A stretch of DNA of 28,791 nt from a virus (Duplodnaviria; Caudoviricetes): positions 1 to 28,791 of IMG/VR virus record IMGVR_UViG_3300037071_003766, one strand, 5' to 3'. A program made the position numbers and the translations under genes. A model generated the notes under the pieces. The model was not told the origin of the DNA. It saw only the letters and a list, made by a program, of their open reading frames with translations, and searched no databases. This document shows positions 23,226-28,791 of this stretch, piece after piece; positions within the stretch are counted from its first letter, which is position 1; the number at the start of each line of letters is the position of its first letter.

Positions 23226-24374
23226 ATGGCCGAGTCAACTGCGCGTGCAGGACTGACGCCCCAGGTATGGGACGACCAGTTCTTCACGGAATACGTGCGG
23301 ACCAACCGGTTCCGCCGCTACATGGGCACCTCGCCCGACAACGTGATCCAGGTGCGCGAGCAGCTGGGCCGACAGCCGGGCGACCGCATCGCCTTCGGCG
23401 CCGTGCGCTCGCTCTCGGGTGGCGTGACGGGCAACACCGTGCTGGAGGGCAACGAGGCCGAACTGGACACCCGCTCCATGACGGTGGCGATCAGCCCGCT
23501 GCGCAACGCGGTGGTGGTCACGGACTGGGACGAGCAGAAGTCCGCGATGGCGCTGCGCGATGCGGCCCGCCCGGCGCTGCGAACCTGGGCACAGGAGCGC
23601 ATGCGCGAGGACGTGATCCGGGCGCTGAAGTCCGTGCCCAACGCGGCCGGCACCATGGTGTCCTGGGAAGCTGCGACGGCTGCCGAGCGCAACGCCTGGC
23701 TGGTGGCCAACGCCGACCGGGTGCTGTTCGGCTCTGCCAAATCCAACGGCGTGTCCGGTGTGGTGGCAACGGCCCTGCTGACCGTGGACAACACGGCCGA
23801 CAAGCTCACGCCGGCTGTGGTGTCGCTGGCAAAGCGTATGGCGCAGTCGGCTTCCCCGCGGATCATGCCCACGCGCACGCGCGAGGAGGACGAGGAGTGG
23901 TTCCTCATGTTCGCCAACCCGCGCAGCTTCCGCGACCTGGCCACCGACGCCACCATGGTGCAGGCCAACCGGGACGCTCGCGTTCGCGGTGCCGACACGA
24001 ACCCGCTGTTCACCGGCGGCTCGCTGCTGTGGGACGGCGTGATCATCCGGGAGATCCCCGAACTCGATGCAGCGATCCCGGCCAGCACGGGGCGCCTGCC
24101 TACCAACGGCGGCATCCTGGCCGGCGCGGGCGCCGGTGGCATCGACGTGGGCTTCAACTTCCTGTGCGGTGCGCAGGCGCTGGGCGCCGCGTGGGCGCAG
24201 CGGCTGAAGTCCACCACGGACGTGCGGGACTACAACTTCCGCCACGGCGTGGGCGTGCAGGAGATCCGGGGCATCGAAAAGCTCATGTTCGGCACCAGCA
24301 CCACCACGGACACCGGCAACCTCGTGCAAAACGGGGTCGTCACGGTGTTCACTTCTGCGGTCGCGGACCTGTAA
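23226..24374 (+). CDS. Major capsid protein (DUF4043/N4-gp56-like)
   Basis: AAGGAGG RBS; GDRIAF...VTGNTVLEGNE, NPLFTG...WDGVIIRE, LCGAQA motifs. Confidence 0.88.
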   Translation: MAESTARAGLTPQVWDDQFFTEYVRTNRFRRYMGTSPDNVIQVREQLGRQPGDRIAFGAVRSLSGGVTGNTVLEGNEAELDTRSMTVAISPLRNAVVVTDWDEQKSAMALRDAARPALRTWAQERMREDVIRALKSVPNAAGTMVSWEAATAAERNAWLVANADRVLFGSAKSNGVSGVVATALLTVDNTADKLTPAVVSLAKRMAQSASPRIMPTRTREEDEEWFLMFANPRSFRDLATDATMVQANRDARVRGADTNPLFTGGSLLWDGVIIREIPELDAAIPASTGRLPTNGGILAGAGAGGIDVGFNFLCGAQALGAAWAQRLKSTTDVRDYNFRHGVGVQEIRGIEKLMFGTSTTTDTGNLVQNGVVTVFTSAVADL

Positions 24375-24386
24375 GGAGCACACACC

Positions 24387-24803
24387 ATGGCAATCCTTCA
24401 AGCGACCAAGGTCTCCAGTCAGACCGAGCAGATGCCTGGCGTGGGCGACGGCCAATCGGCCAAGGTCCTGGCATCGACCTACGTGTCGACGGCGGCGCCG
24501 GCCTCCGGCGACATCATCCAGTCGGGCCTGATCCAGGCCGGATCGGTGATCACCGACGTGACGGTTGTGCACAGCGGCTTCGGCGCCTCCGGGGCGTTCG
24601 AGGTGGGCTACGGCGGCGACACGGACTATTTCGTCGCGGCGGCTGCGTCCGTCACCGGCGGGGTGGTTCGCATGTCGGCGGCGACGGCGCAGCCGCTGGT
24701 GCTGTCGACCAACGACACGGTGGACATCCGCATGACCGGCACCGGCGCAACCGCTGCCGTGACGATCACGATCATCGTGACGTTCCTGCCCCGCAACACC
24801 TGA
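24387..24803 (+). CDS. Putative capsid decoration/cement protein
   Basis: AAGGAG RBS; beta-rich sequence directly after the capsid gene. Confidence 0.65.
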   Translation: MAILQATKVSSQTEQMPGVGDGQSAKVLASTYVSTAAPASGDIIQSGLIQAGSVITDVTVVHSGFGASGAFEVGYGGDTDYFVAAAASVTGGVVRMSAATAQPLVLSTNDTVDIRMTGTGATAAVTITIIVTFLPRNT

Positions 24804-24835
24804 AACGGAAGGGCCGGGGGCAACCTCGGCCCGCA

Positions 24836-25165
24836 ATGAATATGAAGGCAACTTTCAAGGGCGTGCCCGGCGAGCAGCATGCGTCCGTGCACATGTACGG
24901 CCAGGATTTCCCGCTCGGGGAGGCCGTGACCCTCAACAACGAGATGGCCCGGCGCAAGCTGGCCAACCACCCGCACTTCGAGGTGACGACCGAAGCCTCC
25001 GACGAGGTGGAGGACGCCAAGATCAAGAGCGAGTTGGACAAGGCAACCGAGGCGGCCCTGGCGGAAGTCGAGGCGAAGAAGGCCGCCGAGGCAGAGGCCG
25101 CTCGCCAGGCCGCGGAAGCCGAGCGGGCCGAGGCGCAAAAGCAGGGCCGCCAGCCCCGCCGGTAA
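24836..25165 (+). CDS. Hypothetical head-region protein
   Basis: High GC3; KLANHPHFEV motif and Ala/Glu/Lys-rich tail. Start 24836 or 24842. Confidence 0.7.
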   Translation: MNMKATFKGVPGEQHASVHMYGQDFPLGEAVTLNNEMARRKLANHPHFEVTTEASDEVEDAKIKSELDKATEAALAEVEAKKAAEAEAARQAAEAERAEAQKQGRQPRR

Positions 25166-25171
25166 CCCAGT

Positions 25172-25513
25172 ATGGCCGCTGGACCACTCCTGACCGCCAT
25201 GGCCAGCCGGCTCCTGCACAAGCTGCAGGTTCTCGACAAGGCTGAGGCGGCCGAGGGCGCCGACCTCGAGAAGGCGCTGGAGAAGCTGCTCGCGGCGCAC
25301 GGCGTTTTCAAGGCCGAGGGCCTGGTGCGCTGGACGCTCGCGGACATCCCGGTGGACGTGCAGGAGGGGTATCTCCTGATGGCCGGGGCGCTAGGGGCGG
25401 ACGACTTCGCCTCGGCCGTGAACGTCAGCACGTGGCCGCAGATGGCCATGCGCCTGTTGCAAGCCTACGTCCACATCCCGCGCAGCGGTCCGCGCACCGC
25501 GGAGGCGTACTGA
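25172..25513 (+). CDS. Head-tail adaptor (P22 gp4-like)
   Basis: Helical about 110-aa protein (LLHKLQVL..AE....D.EKA) upstream of the gp10-like gene; mainly positional. Confidence 0.65.
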   Translation: MAAGPLLTAMASRLLHKLQVLDKAEAAEGADLEKALEKLLAAHGVFKAEGLVRWTLADIPVDVQEGYLLMAGALGADDFASAVNVSTWPQMAMRLLQAYVHIPRSGPRTAEAY

Positions 25514-25515
25514 CC

Positions 25516-25863
25516 ATGCCCACGACCATCAGCGTAGCCCTGGACGGCAGCAAGCGGCGCGACATCCGCCTGGCGCAAGGCGACGAGGCCACGCTGGCCG
25601 TGGTGGTCTACGAGCACGACGGCGACACCACGCCGATTGCGGTCACGGGGGCGCGCTTCGTTACGAGCGAGGGCGCCCCCACCTTCACCTATGGGACCGA
25701 GTTCGTGGTGCCCGATGATTCTGTCGGCCGCACGTGGTATCGCCTTGTGGGCGAGATCGCGGGCGTGACGACCACGCTGGCCATGGGTTACGTGTTTGTC
25801 GAGGGTGAGACGCAGGGCTGGCCCTACGGCATGCCCCCTGACGGCTACTGGATCAATCCGTGA
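25516..25863 (+). CDS. Hypothetical virion protein (MPTTISVALDG...)
   Basis: GGAGG RBS; GTGA overlap with the next gene. Confidence 0.7.
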   Translation: MPTTISVALDGSKRRDIRLAQGDEATLAVVVYEHDGDTTPIAVTGARFVTSEGAPTFTYGTEFVVPDDSVGRTWYRLVGEIAGVTTTLAMGYVFVEGETQGWPYGMPPDGYWINP

Positions 25864-27275
25864 AGATCCCGTTCATCGGCCCCAGTGCCCCCTCCCGCTC
25901 GCCTGACGCGGATGCCGAGCGCACCGTGAACGCCTACGTCGAGCCCGCGGACAGCCCACGCGCGCCCGCTGGCATCTACGGCATGCCGGGCCTCGTGCTG
26001 GCCCACACCATGGGCACCGGCCCGCACCGCGGCGCCTTCAAGCAGCGCGACGACAGCTACTTCGTCAGCGGCAACCACGTCTTCCGCCGCGACGGCGCGG
26101 GCGTGGTGGTCGACTGCGGCGCCATCACGACCTCCACGGGCCGCGTGGGCATGGCGTCCAATGGCACCGAGGTGCTGATCGTCGACGGCGTGAAGGGCTG
26201 GCTGGTCACGGGCACGCTGCTCTCCGAGATCATCGACCCCGACTTCCCCAACGGCGTCACCAACGCCGCGTTTCTCAACGGCTACTTCGTGGTCTGGGGC
26301 GACGGCAGCCAGCTGTTCCACTGGAGCGAGAACCCCAACAGCGGAATTGCATGGGACGGTCTGGACTTCGCCGCGGTCGAAGGGAACCCGGACGACCTGG
26401 TGGGCGGCGTGGCCGATCACGGGCAGATGTGGTTCATCGGCACCGACTCGGGCGAGGTGTTCGACAACGTGGCCGACCCGGACCAGCCGTTCCAGCGCTC
26501 AGGATCCAGCTTCATCGAGTACGGCACGGTCTCACCTTGGACCGTCTGCGCCTTCGACAACTCGGTGGTGTGGCTGTCGCGCAGCAAGGACGGCCACGGC
26601 GTGTTCATCCGCACGCAGGGCGGCAACCCGCAGCGCTTTTCCACCCACGCGCTGGAGCATGCCATTTCTACCTATACGACCATCGCGGACGCCTACGCCT
26701 ACACCTTCCAGATGGACGGGCACAGCTTCTACGTGGTCACGTTTCCCACCGCGGACGCCACCTGGTTCTTCGACGCGGCTTCCGGCCTGTGGGCCGAGTG
26801 GCTGTGGCGCGATCCGGCCTTCAACGAGCTGCACCGGCACCGCAGCGCCACGCACGTCTTCGCCGCCGGCAAGCACCTGGTGGGCGACTGGGAGAGCGGC
26901 AAGGTCTACGAGTTGCGCATGGACGCCTATACCGACGCGGGCGACCTGATTCCGCTGATCCGACGCGCGCCTGCGATCTACGACGAGGGCCGGCCGCTCA
27001 CGATGCAGGAGCTGCAGATCGACTGCGAGACGGGCGTGGCGAATGCGGACTGCGCCGACCCGAAGCTGCTGATGCGCTACTACCGCAACGATGCCAAGGT
27101 GCCCAGCACGTGGCAGCCCAAGAGCATCGGCAAGACCGGGCAGTACGGCAAGCAGGTGCGCTTCCACAACCTTGGGCAGGGCCGGGCGTGGTCGTTCGAG
27201 ATCAGCATCACCGATCCCGTGAAGCGGGCGATTTTCGGCGCCAATGCGCGCGTTGCGAAGGGCAGGGGCGGCTGA
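25860..27275 (+). CDS. Tail hub/packaged DNA stabilisation protein (P22 gp10-like)
   Basis: 471 aa; [45 protein letters not shown] motifs. Confidence 0.88.
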   Translation: MKIPFIGPSAPSRSPDADAERTVNAYVEPADSPRAPAGIYGMPGLVLAHTMGTGPHRGAFKQRDDSYFVSGNHVFRRDGAGVVVDCGAITTSTGRVGMASNGTEVLIVDGVKGWLVTGTLLSEIIDPDFPNGVTNAAFLNGYFVVWGDGSQLFHWSENPNSGIAWDGLDFAAVEGNPDDLVGGVADHGQMWFIGTDSGEVFDNVADPDQPFQRSGSSFIEYGTVSPWTVCAFDNSVVWLSRSKDGHGVFIRTQGGNPQRFSTHALEHAISTYTTIADAYAYTFQMDGHSFYVVTFPTADATWFFDAASGLWAEWLWRDPAFNELHRHRSATHVFAAGKHLVGDWESGKVYELRMDAYTDAGDLIPLIRRAPAIYDEGRPLTMQELQIDCETGVANADCADPKLLMRYYRNDAKVPSTWQPKSIGKTGQYGKQVRFHNLGQGRAWSFEISITDPVKRAIFGANARVAKGRGG

Positions 27276-28381
27276 TGGCGACGATCTTGCGCACGCTACC
27301 GAATCTGGGCAAGTTCCGCCGCATGCCTTGGTGTGTCGCCAAGGACCTCACGTTAACGCCAGAGGCCAGCCGGGAGCTGGATATCGTAAAACGCGGAGTC
27401 GACCTGATGCTGGGCGGCATTCCGGCCTCGAACATCGTCGTCACACCGTTCGCTGGCATGACGGAGACGGACGCGCAGGGCGCGCTGGAGGGGCTGGAGA
27501 CCCGCAAGGCGACCACGGCTGCGCTCACCGCCGGCCTTGCGACCAAGCAGCCGCTGGACGCCACCCTGACGGCGGTTGCCGGCGCGGCGACGGCGGCCAA
27601 CAAGCTGATCTACTGGACCGGGGTCGACGTGGCGGCGGTCACGGACTTCTCGGCCTTCGCGCGCACGCTGCTGGATGACGCGGACGCAGCCGCCATGCGT
27701 TCCACGCTGGGGCTGGGCACCCTGGCAACGCAGAGCGGCACGTTCAGCGGCACCAGCAGCGGCACCAACACGGGCGACCAGACCATCACGCTGACGGGCA
27801 ACGTCACGGGCTCGGGGACCGGCTCCTTTGCCACCACGATCGCCAACGATGCCGTCACCTACGCGAAGATGCAGAACGTGTCGGCGGCGTCCAAGTTGAT
27901 CGGGCGCGGAGCGGCGGGCGGCGCGGGAGACCCGGAGGAGATCACGCTGGGCACGGGCCTGACCATGAGCGGCACCACGCTCAATGCGACGGCCGGCGGC
28001 AGCGGCACCGTCACCACCGTGTCCGTGGTCAGCGCCAACGGCTTCGCGGGGTCCGTCGCCAACGCCACCACCACGCCCGCCATCACCCTGTCCACCAGCA
28101 TCACGGGGCTCCTGAAGGGCAACGGCACCGCAGTCTCGGCGGCAGTGGCCGGCACCGACTACCAGGCGCCGCTGGTGTCGGGCACCAACATCAAGACCGT
28201 CAACGGCAACAGCCTGCTGGGTTCGGGAGACGTGGCTGTGGTGGCTGCGGATCCGGCCTATGCCCCCGGCTCCATCACCATCGCCACGGGCACCGGCCGC
28301 GTGCAGCCGCTGGTGCTGACTCTGGGTGCCACCGACGTGCTCACGCTGGACGGCACCGGCTCCATCGTCATCGTGGGATAA
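27275..28381 (+). CDS. Tail fibre/needle-like protein
   Basis: TGATG coupling; Gly/Thr/Ala-rich modules [41 protein letters not shown]. Confidence 0.8.
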   Translation: MATILRTLPNLGKFRRMPWCVAKDLTLTPEASRELDIVKRGVDLMLGGIPASNIVVTPFAGMTETDAQGALEGLETRKATTAALTAGLATKQPLDATLTAVAGAATAANKLIYWTGVDVAAVTDFSAFARTLLDDADAAAMRSTLGLGTLATQSGTFSGTSSGTNTGDQTITLTGNVTGSGTGSFATTIANDAVTYAKMQNVSAASKLIGRGAAGGAGDPEEITLGTGLTMSGTTLNATAGGSGTVTTVSVVSANGFAGSVANATTTPAITLSTSITGLLKGNGTAVSAAVAGTDYQAPLVSGTNIKTVNGNSLLGSGDVAVVAADPAYAPGSITIATGTGRVQPLVLTLGATDVLTLDGTGSIVIVG

Positions 28382-28385
28382 CTCA

Positions 28386-28791
28386 ATGGGCAATGTCGTC
28401 CTCGCCAACCAGACGCCGGCCACACCGGCCGCCGGCTACGGCGTCATCTTCATCGACCCCACGGCCAAGATCCTCATGTGGAAGGACGACACCGGCCGGG
28501 CCAACGGCTTCAGCAGCAATGCGGCGATCGCCACCCAGTCGGGGTTCGCTGCAGACACCTACGTGACCGACAGCAGCCTGCTCATCCCGAGCACCGGGGT
28601 GCAGGCCCGAACGATGTTTCGCTGGCGCATCGCGGCGAGCAAGACCGCCGCAGGCGTGGCCGCGCCGGTCTATGCGCTGCGCATCGGCAGCGCCCGCACC
28701 ACGGCAGACACCGTGCGCATCACGCTGACCGGGCCCGCGCAGACGGCCGTTGCCGACATCGGAACGCTGAACATCATGGCGACGGTGCGCA
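28386..28791 (+). CDS. Tail-associated protein, truncated by the window end (MGNVVLANQTPATPAAG...)
   Basis: ATG 5 nt after the previous stop; open to the window end; high GC3. Confidence 0.7.
   Translation, partial: MGNVVLANQTPATPAAGYGVIFIDPTAKILMWKDDTGRANGFSSNAAIATQSGFAADTYVTDSSLLIPSTGVQARTMFRWRIAASKTAAGVAAPVYALRIGSARTTADTVRITLTGPAQTAVADIGTLNIMATVR

Larger units (their letters stand above)
1..28791. mobile_element. Temperate phage genome segment (lambdoid organisation, P22-like podovirus head/tail genes), attP configuration
   Basis: Continuous phage gene order int-xis-recombination-cI-cro-cII-replication-rusA-Q-terS-terL-portal-scaffold-capsid-gp4-gp10-tail. No host housekeeping genes seen. 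Confidence 0.97.

Noticed and set aside
12252-25165. Long antisense or alternative-frame ORFs (e.g. 12252-14114, 17249-18760, 19867-21747, 23156-25165, 23235-24851)
   Set aside because: Shadow ORFs expected from high-GC3 genes; low-complexity translations without motifs. Only the last 109 codons of 23156-25165 are kept as a gene.
27275-28791. DGR or invertible tail-fibre switch
   Set aside because: No reverse transcriptase, invertase, TR/VR pair or inversion sites visible in the window.

Overview
The window is about 29 kb of a GC-rich temperate phage with lambdoid gene order and P22-like (podovirus) morphogenesis genes. The host is probably a Burkholderiales-type betaproteobacterium (inference). 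Phage genes lie on both sides of a 45-bp tRNA-Asn 3' fragment, so this is the attP (excised or virion) configuration. Left to right: end of the late/lysis operon; a leftward ligase operon with a putative LexA box; attP; tyrosine integrase and DUF4224 Xis; an early-left recombination module (Cas4-like nuclease, DUF669 SSB, Sak4-like ATPase); an immunity region (two paralogous lipoproteins, a small QLDLF-ending protein, a CI lacking a protease domain, cro, cII-like); a primase-helicase with a GGGAA-repeat origin; RusA and a Q-like gene; terminases, portal, scaffold, capsid, gp4/gp10-like and tail genes. Five HNH endonuclease genes are scattered through it. The most unusual signals are three tandem covarying pseudoknot-like RNA units before the scaffold gene, a structured late leader and a degenerate tRNA-like element around an HNH gene, HNH pairs bracketing Q and portal with a sharply recoded portal 5' end, and a candidate SOS circuit for a non-cleavable repressor. 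All protein assignments come from motif recognition by eye; no database search was run.
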